Assembly (NCBI GenBank): GCA_963666835.2
Contig: CAXXGO010000003.1
Location: forward strand, 320,001 to 384,000
Source: Phycisphaerae bacterium
GTDB taxonomy: Bacteria; Planctomycetota; Phycisphaerae; UBA1845
Length of the DNA: 64,000 bases
Direction: 5' to 3'
Shown one piece after another: positions 49,635 through 58,668 of this stretch. A model generated the notes under the pieces. The model was given only the letters and a program-made list of their open reading frames with translations, was not told the DNA's origin and ran no database searches. Every line of letters begins with the position of its first letter. Position 1 is the first letter of the stretch. The position numbers and the translations under genes were made by a program.

Positions 49635-50783
49635 ATGACGATTGCCGAGTTCAATACTGCTGCCTTCAAGAAGTTGATCGCGGTCTTCGCGATTATCGCG
49701 GCTTGGGCAACGTCCGTTGCCACTGCCCAGCTCGACCGGCGCGGGCTCATCGAGCAGGCCCTCGATGAACCCACCCATATCACGCTGGAAGATATCCGGC
49801 TCGGCGACGCTATAGAGAAAGTCTCCGAACAGACCGGCATCAGGGTCTTCATGCCACCTTCCGTGATGGCGTTTGTTCCGTACGGAGCCGACACCGTGGT
49901 GCGCCGCGTCGAGATCGAGGGTATCTCTCTGCGCCAGGGGCTGACCAACCTGTTCGCTCCCCTTGGGATGACCTTCCGAGTTGATGCCGACCACGTGGTC
50001 GTCGACCCGCACGACGCCTTGCGTAATCTCGGACGAGCCCCCACTTGGACCGAGCTGGACACTCTGGCGGAGCTGCGGGGAATACGTCCCGGCGTGGACG
50101 ATAATGACCTGAACCGCTTGCGCGGTCGTATCCGCTTCGCCGTCCCGATCCCTGACGGTTGGACCCCGCTGGCGGCCGCGATTCGCAGCGTTGGGTCGGG
50201 CCCGGGGGACACGGTTCTGTCTCTCGCCTGTTCTCACCTGGGCTGGGGCTGGAGTCTGGATGGCGACGGAATAACCGTGGTCTCCGGCGCCGGTCGGATC
50301 CAACGTACCCTCCAGCAGCCGGTCTCGCTTCGCATGAACTTCAAGCCCCTCATCGATGTTCTGCAAGAACTCGGGCGGGTAACGGGTGTTGCGATTCGGA
50401 CTGAGCCCGCAGTGCTGGCCTCCCTACCGGTCCAGGTCCGCGAGAACTTCTCGATCAACGCTCACAACACACCGGCCGAGCACATTCTGGAGAAGATCGC
50501 TGCGTACACGGGGTTAGGCTATCTGGTCGAAGCGGACGGAGTCCTCTTCTACGACGCCACCGGGGCTCCGCCACAAACCTCGGGCGCGGAGCCGATCACG
50601 GAAACCCCACCGGTCAACGATCCCTACGTGGGCAAAGTCGTTACTCCGGTCGGAGATGGTCGAACGGTGGAATGGCTTGTGCGCCGATCCGAACTGCCCC
50701 CCGACCTGCGCACGATGCGGCAAGAGGACCTCAAAGAAGCCTTCGAAGCCATCCGCGCCCAGAAGGCCGATCCCAAACCATAG
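49635..50783 (+). CDS. Secreted protein with STN/secretin-N-like repeats
   Basis: Signal peptide; repeated L..P.....L.D....L...TG motifs. Confidence 0.6.
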   Translation: MTIAEFNTAAFKKLIAVFAIIAAWATSVATAQLDRRGLIEQALDEPTHITLEDIRLGDAIEKVSEQTGIRVFMPPSVMAFVPYGADTVVRRVEIEGISLRQGLTNLFAPLGMTFRVDADHVVVDPHDALRNLGRAPTWTELDTLAELRGIRPGVDDNDLNRLRGRIRFAVPIPDGWTPLAAAIRSVGSGPGDTVLSLACSHLGWGWSLDGDGITVVSGAGRIQRTLQQPVSLRMNFKPLIDVLQELGRVTGVAIRTEPAVLASLPVQVRENFSINAHNTPAEHILEKIAAYTGLGYLVEADGVLFYDATGAPPQTSGAEPITETPPVNDPYVGKVVTPVGDGRTVEWLVRRSELPPDLRTMRQEDLKEAFEAIRAQKADPKP

Positions 50784-50828
50784 CCCCCGAAATCGGCCAC
50801 TCACTTGCCCGACGCGCGTGATTAATAC

Positions 50829-50850
50829 GTAGACCAGGTCAATGACCTGC
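50829..50850 (+). repeat. GTAG-type REP-like palindrome (left copy)
   Basis: GTAG-AC-CAGGTCA-A-TGACCTG. Confidence 0.6.
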
Positions 50851-51137
50851 CTAAACCATTTGCCGCGTGTATACGCAAGGAATATGATTCCGGTATGCCA
50901 ACTTGCGCAGGGGCCATCTTCCTGATGGTCATCCTGTGGCCTGTAGCCAAGTATGTGTGCTTGTTGCTTACTGAGGAGTTTGCGATGGGATGGGTTTGAC
51001 GGCGGTTCTTGCCACATTGGCCGATTGGCACCAGTCGTGCAGCGATGCGAGCACGACGTTGGTTCGAGTCCCCGACCTCTGAAGAGGCGAGCCACCCAGT
51101 CTACGACAGACCACTTGGCCGCGCGACGCCCGAACGT

Positions 51138-51370
51138 ACGCCGAAGGCGTTTAACAGCAAAGCCCAGGGTAAACGAAGCGGCGCAGCCGCTTCAGTGCCA
51201 CCCTGGGTCACAAAGCCCCCTTCCACACCAACCCCGAAGTGGGTTGAACAACAGCGTTCGGCCTGTGAAACCCTTACAGGGTTCGCTCGACCGAGACGAT
51301 TCGATACCCAGGGTGGCGTCCCGGCAAGCCGGGACTGACCCTGGGCTATGCTGTTGAGCCCCTTCGGGGC
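51138..51370. repeat. Long imperfect inverted-repeat element (REPIN/MITE-like)
   Basis: Terminal 33-nt arms match 27/33 as inverted repeats; nested CCCAGGGT/ACCCTGGG hairpins. Confidence 0.7.
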
Positions 51371-51656
51371 ACGCGTCAACCCGCGTTAACGTCCTTCGCG
51401 TAACGTAGGCATCCGTCGGGTAGCGCAGCCATTCGTCTCGTAGCGTAGACATCCTACCTGCAGTACGTCGGCTAACACACGGAATCCCGGCCGGGCGGAT
51501 GTTCTATTGACTTTCGCGAATGCCCCAGGCGTCCGAGTCCACCACCTCTGAAGAGGCGGGCCACCCGGCGGGATCTAGTCCAAACGACCTGCCTGACATC
51601 AACGAGCGATAGTAAAGGCAGATCGTTGAAGTGCTCTATCCATGCTATGGAGTTTG

Positions 51657-52700
51657 CTATGGCGCAAGGTGTCCAATCTGCGCCGGCCCTGCCCTCTTAA
51701 CGAGTCTCGCCTCTTGCTCCAAGAGCAGTCGGGCTTGCTCAAGTTGCTCTGCGGATAGACGTCCTTCGATTCCCTCGATGTCCGCCACAAGTTCGTCCTT
51801 CGCGTCGGTACCTGCGCGCCCGAGGTTCAAGTACACCCAAGCCCAAACGTCATCCTTATCTACACCATGCCCGACAGAGTACATATGGCCGACATGTAGA
51901 AAGGCTGCAGCGTTGCCTCGCCTTCCCGCAACCCGGAACCAGTGCTGAGCAAGCTGTGCGTCTTGCGGCGTCGCGTTTCGGTCGAAATACAGCCGGCCAA
52001 GATTGAACGGCGCTGTCATGCTACCGTTCTCGCTCGCCTTCTCTAACCACTCTATCGCCCTGTCGACATCCTTCTCAAGCCCCAAGCCCAGCAGATACAT
52101 CATACCGAGCCTATTCTGCGCAGACGCAGATCCGTTCGCAGCCAAACGCCGTACCCACTTCTCTGCGCGCGCGTAATCACGCGGAACAACTGTTCCATCG
52201 GAGTAGGCTGCTGCAAGATTCGTGGCCGCGAGCATACTACCCTGATCGGCCGCACGCTCCAGCAGGCTAATGCCCTTCGTGACGTTCCTGCGGTCCCCTT
52301 TTGCAGTGCACAACAGGACCCCGAGAGCAACCTGCGATTGCGTATCTCCGTTCTCTGCAGCCATCTCGTACCAGCTCACCGCCTTATCCAAGTCGAGTAC
52401 GCTAGCCTCTGTATTGTAGATTGCCCCAAGATTAGCCTGGGCACTCGCACTGCCCTGATTGGCCGCCCTCGTATACCAGGCAACTGCCTGTTCGAGGTCT
52501 CGTGTAACACCTTGCCCAGAGTAGTACATGTCTCCGAGTTTATGCTGGGCATAGGTGTCACCTGAATCGGCTAATGACCGGAAGATGGCTAGTGCCGACT
52601 TGTAGTCTCCGCGATTGTAGGCATTCTTGCCGCTCTCGAGATCGGTCTTCTCGGCCGGAATCGAAACCAGCACGGCCAAGAGAATCAGCATCGTTTTCAT
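51657..52700 (-). CDS. Secreted SEL1-like repeat protein
   Basis: GGAGG RBS, signal peptide, repeated AQ..LG..Y..G.GV..D...A..W...AA..G. Confidence 0.92.
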   Translation of the reverse strand: MKTMLILLAVLVSIPAEKTDLESGKNAYNRGDYKSALAIFRSLADSGDTYAQHKLGDMYYSGQGVTRDLEQAVAWYTRAANQGSASAQANLGAIYNTEASVLDLDKAVSWYEMAAENGDTQSQVALGVLLCTAKGDRRNVTKGISLLERAADQGSMLAATNLAAAYSDGTVVPRDYARAEKWVRRLAANGSASAQNRLGMMYLLGLGLEKDVDRAIEWLEKASENGSMTAPFNLGRLYFDRNATPQDAQLAQHWFRVAGRRGNAAAFLHVGHMYSVGHGVDKDDVWAWVYLNLGRAGTDAKDELVADIEGIEGRLSAEQLEQARLLLEQEARLVKRAGPAQIGHLAP

Positions 52701-52912
52701 ATCAAACCTCCCAGAAGATCGCGTGGCTCCGTCTGACGACCGTCGTGTGTCTTCTCCGGTGACCGGACGTACACCGCGCCGCTTCGTTTCTCAGCACGTT
52801 TGATGACGAACGTGGTCCTCGAAAACACGTCATCGGACCGGGCAGGACTACGCTGATCACGAGGCGTTCTCGCCAACGCGTTGGTAGCCCGCACCTATAA
52901 TGCCCGTTACTC

Positions 52913-52937
52913 AGACCAGGTCAATGACCTGCTCTAC
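52913..52937 (-). repeat. GTAG-type REP-like palindrome (right copy)
   Basis: Minus strand GTAG-AG-CAGGTCA-T-TGACCTG; 52913-52932 is identical to 50831-50850. Confidence 0.6.
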
Positions 52938-52984
52938 GCGCTGCGCATGGCCACCGGCAGATTGCCGCCGTACAATCATCCGCT

Positions 52985-54058
52985 ATGGCGAACGCCGATG
53001 ATATTATGAACCGTCCGGAACCGGCGCGCGGGTTCTTTGATCTGACGCCGGACACGCTCCGCAAGCTTCTGAAGGACTGGCGGGAGCCGGCCTTTCGATC
53101 GAAGCAGGTTCTGGAGTGGGCCTACGAGCACGGGGTCGGGTCCTACGACGACATGTCCAACCTGCCCAAGTTGCTCCGGAGGCGGCTTACTGCGGAACTG
53201 CCTCTGTACACGTCGACGATCGTATCGCGGCAGGAGTCTTCCGATCGCACGGTCAAGCTGCTGCTGGGCTGGCCGGATGGGGCGACGAGTGAATGCGTGC
53301 TCATCCCCGACGCTGAGCGCCGCACCGCGTGTATCTCCACGCAGGTCGGTTGCCCGGTAGGTTGCGTCTTCTGTGCGAGCGGGTTGGACGGGCTGCAGCG
53401 CCAACTTCGCCCCGGCGAGATCGTCGAGCAGGCCATGCGCGTCCGGCGGGAATGCGAACCAGACCGCCTGTCCAACGTCGTTTTGATGGGGCTCGGAGAG
53501 CCGCTGGCGAACTACGATGCCACGGTCCAGGCCGTGCGGACGGTCAACGCCGAGTGGGGCATGGCCATCGGCGGTCGCCGGATTACCATCAGCACCGTTG
53601 GTCTTCCTCGGCAAATCCGAAGGCTTGCCGACGAGCAGATGCAGATTACCCTGGCGTTGTCTCTGCACGCCCCTACCGACGAGCTTCGCAGTCAGATCAT
53701 CCCGTGGGCGGATCGCGCGAACATCGCGGAGCTAATCGACGCTTGCCGGTACTTCTTCGACCGCACCGGACGTGAGGTCACTCTCGAGTACCTTCTCTTG
53801 GGCGAGGTGAACGATGGCTCGGAGCACGCTCGACGGCTTGCGCGAGTGGCGAAGCAGATCCGCAGCAATGTCAACTTGATTCGTTACAACCCGGTGGCCG
53901 GGCTGCCGTACCGGCAGCCTTCGAGCGCTACGGTCCAGGAATTCCTTGACACCCTCATCACCCGGGGAGTTAACGCGCACGTCCGGCGAAGCCGTGGTTC
54001 GGATATCGACGCGGCGTGCGGTCAACTCCGCCGGCGAGAACAGGCCGGAGAGACTTAG
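52985..54058 (+). CDS. rlmN: 23S rRNA A2503 C2-methyltransferase (radical SAM)
   Basis: CISTQVGCPVGCVFC, MGLGEPL, ISTVG, SLHAP, AACGQL. Confidence 0.95.
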   Translation: MANADDIMNRPEPARGFFDLTPDTLRKLLKDWREPAFRSKQVLEWAYEHGVGSYDDMSNLPKLLRRRLTAELPLYTSTIVSRQESSDRTVKLLLGWPDGATSECVLIPDAERRTACISTQVGCPVGCVFCASGLDGLQRQLRPGEIVEQAMRVRRECEPDRLSNVVLMGLGEPLANYDATVQAVRTVNAEWGMAIGGRRITISTVGLPRQIRRLADEQMQITLALSLHAPTDELRSQIIPWADRANIAELIDACRYFFDRTGREVTLEYLLLGEVNDGSEHARRLARVAKQIRSNVNLIRYNPVAGLPYRQPSSATVQEFLDTLITRGVNAHVRRSRGSDIDAACGQLRRREQAGET

Positions 54059-54106
54059 TGAGCGCGATTATGCTCACGACAACGTTGCAGCGACGAGGTT
54101 CGATTC

Positions 54107-54952
54107 ATGACCACCGATAGTCTTGAGATCGGCGTCTGTAGTTGGGCGTTGGATCGCCATGACGTCTTGCGAGCCATCGACTTGGCAGGCGGGCCGCTGA
54201 ACCTGCGGATAATGCAGATCGGCTTTTTCACTGCGGAGGCCGTGCAAGACGCCGACCCTGGGAAGATCACGGCGGCTGCAGAAAGTGCGGGAGTCACGAT
54301 TGTGTCTTCCTTCGTGGCATTTGAGGGAGAGGACTACTCTTCAATCGCCCGGATCGCGGAGACCGGGGGCTACGGGTCTGACCGGGATTACTCGACCCGG
54401 CTCGCGCTGACTCGCAAGGTCGCCGAATTGACGAAAACGCTGTCCGCAAAGGCGGTGGCCGTGCATATAGGGACCGTTCCTGCTGACCCCGGCTCGCCGA
54501 TGTTCGCCAAGCTTGCGGCGCGCGTGGGCGAGGTGGCGGATTGTCTGCAGGAGTTCGGGTTACGCCTGCATATAGAGACCGGCCGCGAGTCGGCAGACAC
54601 GCTCGTGTCATTCCTGGATACGGTTAACCGGCCGAACATCGGAGTGAACTTCGATCCGGGCAATTTCATCGTGTATGGAACGGACGATCCCGGGCACGCG
54701 TTGCAGGTTCTCGGGAATCGGATCGAGGGCGTTCACGCGAAAGACGCTCGCCGCTCCGCGAGACCCGGCATCGATTATGGCGGACCTGCAGCGCTCGGCA
54801 CGGGCGACGTTGACTTACCGGGGTTGCTGGCCGACCTGCGCAACACCGGGTATTGCGGACCTCTGCTTATCGAGTGTGGGAGCAGAGATGCCGGCCTCGA
54901 TACGGTGGCGACCGCCGCCGAGGTTCTGCTCGCACACATGTCTGCTACATAG
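54107..54952 (+). CDS. Sugar phosphate isomerase/epimerase (TIM barrel)
   Basis: IETGRE, NFDPGN, VHAKD, GTGDVD, LLIE metal-ligand pattern. Confidence 0.85.
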   Translation: MTTDSLEIGVCSWALDRHDVLRAIDLAGGPLNLRIMQIGFFTAEAVQDADPGKITAAAESAGVTIVSSFVAFEGEDYSSIARIAETGGYGSDRDYSTRLALTRKVAELTKTLSAKAVAVHIGTVPADPGSPMFAKLAARVGEVADCLQEFGLRLHIETGRESADTLVSFLDTVNRPNIGVNFDPGNFIVYGTDDPGHALQVLGNRIEGVHAKDARRSARPGIDYGGPAALGTGDVDLPGLLADLRNTGYCGPLLIECGSRDAGLDTVATAAEVLLAHMSAT

Positions 54953-55265
54953 CCGGCAAGGTGGCCCACGTCCTCTTGTGTCCAGCGCATGCTCCGAACC
55001 GTTGCGGGCCGTTCAATATCCCGCCCGCCGGACGTGTGGGGGGGGCGATGACGGACTAGCGGCACTCGCGGCAGATCTTGCGTTTCGACCGACGGCAATT
55101 AATGGCAGGTCTCGTGCCTCGACCATGCCTACGGGGAATGCTAACGGTATGGCATGCGCCAACGACGATTCTACATTGCTCAAGAGCAGTGGTACACCCG
55201 AGAACCCGAGTGTGACATAGCACTCGCGCGTGGGGCGTGAAGTGTAGAGCGGGAGCGGTTTTCTC

Positions 55266-56456
55266 TTATGTCTGTTTGGCGCGGCGTCGCCCAAAAAAGC
55301 CGCGGCGTCTTGTGGCCTTATCCAGGTCGGATTCGCCGTACCCGGATATCTTTCCGGCCAGGCGGCGGATTTCGGTACGGACGGGATTGTCGCGCTCGGC
55401 CGCGGCAATCGGTCGGCCGAAGTCGAGCGACTGCGCGACATACTGATAGTCATTGGGAATGGTTGCGAAGACGGGCTTCTTGATGAGTTCTTCAATGTCC
55501 TTGGCGCTGACTCTCCCACCGGAGCTGTCGCCGCGATTGACGATCACTTCGATGCGATCTTCCGGAATACCTAGCTTCACCAGGGCGTCGAAGTACCGCT
55601 CGGCATTCCTGATACTCGGGACAAGAAGTTGACAGACAATCAGAATAAGGTCCGCCTGCTGCAGAGCCGCAAAGGTCACCGGCGAAATGAACCGGGGTAT
55701 ATCTATCACAACCGACTCGTGCATCGTAGTCAGCAGCTCGATAACATGGTGCACGACATCAGCCGTAATCCCGTCACACTCCCCAACCAGACGCGGCCGC
55801 GCCAATAGCGCAACATTGCAGGGCAGCACGGTCAACACGTTTTCCAGAACGGTCTGGTCGACACCCGCGCCCGCGGTGGCGATGTCGTGGATGGTGTAAT
55901 CCGGCTCCCGGTCGAAGTTCGTCGCGAGATCTCCGAACTGCAGGTTCAGATCCACCAACCCGCAGTTCTTATCACCAAGATGGCCAATCTCCATCGCCAA
56001 GTTGCACGCAATCGAGGTCGCCCCCACGCCGCCGCTGGCGCCGGTCACGCAAACACACTTGCTTCGCCCCTGCGTCAGCAGACGTTTTGCGGCTACCCGG
56101 CTGACCGCTGCCGCCAAATCGGCATGGACGATCGGCTCGCACACATACTGATCACATCCCGCTCGAATCGGGGCCAAGATCGCGTTGGGACCCGTCTGAT
56201 GGCTCAACGCAATCATGGGAACCGTGGGATGGTGCTGGGACACCTGATCTATCACCTCGACAACCGAGTCGGCGTCGGGGTCGAGGTGGAGGAACAGCAG
56301 GTTGATCTCATGGTCGCGCATCAGCGCGGCGAGTTCATCGGGGGTGTTGACCTCCGTAACTAGCCGCACGAAGTTGAGACTCGATATGCTGTGCCTGAGC
56401 GTCTCGGACGACTCGGCATCCTGGTTATACAGGCAAACCTGGAGTATGCTACTCAT
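55266..56456 (-). CDS. CpaE/TadZ-like receiver plus MinD-type ATPase-like protein
   Basis: Degenerate receiver domain, GASGGVGATS.A.NLA, VDLNLQFGD, IPNDY. Confidence 0.82.
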   Translation of the reverse strand: MSSILQVCLYNQDAESSETLRHSISSLNFVRLVTEVNTPDELAALMRDHEINLLFLHLDPDADSVVEVIDQVSQHHPTVPMIALSHQTGPNAILAPIRAGCDQYVCEPIVHADLAAAVSRVAAKRLLTQGRSKCVCVTGASGGVGATSIACNLAMEIGHLGDKNCGLVDLNLQFGDLATNFDREPDYTIHDIATAGAGVDQTVLENVLTVLPCNVALLARPRLVGECDGITADVVHHVIELLTTMHESVVIDIPRFISPVTFAALQQADLILIVCQLLVPSIRNAERYFDALVKLGIPEDRIEVIVNRGDSSGGRVSAKDIEELIKKPVFATIPNDYQYVAQSLDFGRPIAAAERDNPVRTEIRRLAGKISGYGESDLDKATRRRGFFGRRRAKQT

Positions 56457-56692
56457 GGCGTTCCCACGATAGATGCCTAACCGTGCGTATTGTCCCCACC
56501 TACGTCTCTATCGGCGTGACTGTTGTGTCAGTTTCCATCAACGCCCTACGCAGGGAAGGTCCGAGAATGCTGCCCCGCAGGTTCCGCAAACGCCTCGCTC
56601 TTCATGCCTCCGCGCGCTGCGCTCATGAACTCGCCACTTACGCCCCCATCCGCTATGATCCGCCGCGCACTGCAACCAACGGAGAAGACCTC

Positions 56693-57499
56693 TTGCCATT
56701 ACCGCGAGCCCAAACCGGATTGATGCTCGGCGAGTTTCCGTTCGCACGCGTGGGCACCGGCTCACGTTCCCTGGTCGTGTTCCCGGGAATTATGGACGCC
56801 CTCCAGGACGTCACCGGTAATCCCCGGTTCATCGCTTGGTTCTGCCAAGCAATGACGTTCAGCCATACTGTGTTTTGGATTGGGCGCAGGCGAGGGCTTC
56901 CTCACGATCATTCAACGCGCGACATGGCCCGGGACTATGCCCGCCTCTTTGCGGAAGAACTGGGCCCCTGCGATGTGCTCGGTGTGTCCATGGGCAGCGC
57001 GATCGCCCAGGATTTCGCCGCCGATTTCCCCCAGCACGTCGACCGACTGGTGCTGGCGATGTGCGGTCCGCGAATGGAGCCGGAGAAGAAGGAGCTCTGC
57101 CGGAACTGGATCACGTTGGCTCAAGGTGCGAGATGGAGAGATCTGTACCTCGACATGATCGCCCGGACATACCGCCCGGCGCGCCGCGCAGTCTACCAGG
57201 CCCTGATGCCAACGGTTGACAGCGTCTTCTCCGAAAGCCCTACAATCGGCTCGGATTTCGTCGTCTCGGGCCAGGCTTGCCTGGACTTCGATACCTCGGA
57301 GCGCCTGCCGCTCATAAAGGCTCGGACTCTGGTGCTCGGCGGGGCCGAAGACGTTCTCATGCCGGCAGAAGGCATTCGCGAGGTGGCAGACCGCATCCCC
57401 GGGGCTTCACTTCACCTTTTCGAGGGCTCCGGGCACGGTGCGTTCGAGGAGTGCAAGGAGGAGTTCGACCGGGTTATTAGCGAGTTTCTGACCGGCTAG
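56693..57499 (+). CDS. Alpha/beta hydrolase
   Basis: GVSMG nucleophile elbow, GAED, GSGH; TTG start after GGAGA. Confidence 0.85.
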   Translation: MPLPRAQTGLMLGEFPFARVGTGSRSLVVFPGIMDALQDVTGNPRFIAWFCQAMTFSHTVFWIGRRRGLPHDHSTRDMARDYARLFAEELGPCDVLGVSMGSAIAQDFAADFPQHVDRLVLAMCGPRMEPEKKELCRNWITLAQGARWRDLYLDMIARTYRPARRAVYQALMPTVDSVFSESPTIGSDFVVSGQACLDFDTSERLPLIKARTLVLGGAEDVLMPAEGIREVADRIPGASLHLFEGSGHGAFEECKEEFDRVISEFLTG

Positions 57500-57536
57500 C
57501 CCGCCGGCAGAGCCCAGAGTCGCCGACCGACGCGAA

Positions 57537-57815
57537 TCAGATTCCGACCGACGGCGCGAATCCGGCGACCCGGACCACCAGGTGGGTCACAAGCGCTATC
57601 GCCTCCACAGCCAGTACCGCTATGGCAACAATGGCAAACCGCCGCTCTCGCGCCGATGGCCAAGCCCGGCCCACGAAGTCGATCGCGAAGAGAACACCGC
57701 CCGCCATTACGCCCGTACCGAGCATATTGAGGACGTGCCCTCAGCAGAACCTGTCCCTCAGCATGTAGCCCACCGGGGGCAAAAGAGACATGAACAGAGC
57801 GATTCTACCGGGCAT
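57537..57815 (-). CDS. Candidate small membrane selenoprotein (Cys24-Sec25); alternatively a nonsense-mutated gene
   Basis: GGAGAG RBS, ATG at 57815, in-frame TGA at 57743-57741, frame stays open to 57537; SECIS-like hairpin downstream. Confidence 0.6.
57699..57734 (-). promoter_or_regulatory. Bacterial SECIS-like stem-loop
   Basis: Upper stem UAUGCUCG/CGGGCGUA with a GUA apical loop 22 nt after the UGA; extendable lower stem. Confidence 0.55.
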
Positions 57816-57966
57816 AACGGCTCTCCGTAAAACAAGCGACAACCTGCTCTCGCCTAGCCGCCGAGGGAGGCCGAACCGCAAGCCGACCGCCACAGTCGGC
57901 CGGTCGAGGTCGCCGGTTCCATCCGGCGAGAGGCATAGAGCATCGACATCTAGGGTGCAAACCCCT

Positions 57967-57995
57967 TTGACATTCGTCAATCGTATCGCAAGAAT
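57967..57995 (+). promoter_or_regulatory. Putative panD promoter overlapped by a TTGAC-N4-GTCAA palindrome
   Basis: TTGACA-N17-AAGAAT; TTGACATTCGTCAA at 57967-57980. Confidence 0.45.
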
Positions 57996-58029
57996 AACCT
58001 GTCGTTACGGCAGAGGTAGGACTGGGATC

Positions 58030-58437
58030 ATGATGATTCAAATGCTTAAAGCGAAGCTGCACCAGGCGTGCGTCACACATTCCGATGTGGACTACGAGGG
58101 CAGTTTCGGGATCGACTCCGAGTTGATGGAGGCCGTCGGGATCTTCCCGTACGAGAAGGTCCTGATTTCCAATATCAACAACGGACATCGGCTGGAGACC
58201 TACGCTATCCCAGAGCCCCCGGGTTCGCGTCGCATGGTGCTCAACGGGGCGGCCGCGCGCCTCGGAGCTGCCGGCGATCGAGTCATCATCATGTCGTTCT
58301 GCTCTGTGGACGACGCAATCGTTCGTCGGGGCGAGTTTCGCCCGGAAGTCATTTGGCTGAACGAACAAAACGAAGTGGTCCGCCGGATTCCGACCGTCAC
58401 CGTCCGCGACAAGGTCGCAACAGCAGGCGACGACTAG
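58030..58437 (+). CDS. panD: Aspartate 1-decarboxylase
   Basis: MLKAKLH, YEGS self-cleavage site, NG.RLETY, LNGAAAR, GDRVII. Confidence 0.95.
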   Translation: MMIQMLKAKLHQACVTHSDVDYEGSFGIDSELMEAVGIFPYEKVLISNINNGHRLETYAIPEPPGSRRMVLNGAAARLGAAGDRVIIMSFCSVDDAIVRRGEFRPEVIWLNEQNEVVRRIPTVTVRDKVATAGDD

Positions 58438-58668
58438 TCGGCCTCCCGCGCACAGCCAAGCGATCTTCCCGGTCTGTCGGGTGGATCGCTCACCGGACCT
58501 CGCGTCAAACCTCGCCGCCTCAGATGCCGTGGTGGACCAAACGCCCAACCCGAGCGTGCGGGTCGCCGTTTGTCAGGGCAAGCTTCGCCGCGCCGCGGGA
58601 ATCAAGGCTCGGCTCACGGGACACACCTGCCGATAATCAGTAGGCTAGTCCATGTGGAGAGCAAGAAC

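Noticed and set aside
50822..51452. Several short ORFs in the repeat-rich gap
   Set aside because: They are translations of palindromic repeats, without RBS or protein-like composition.
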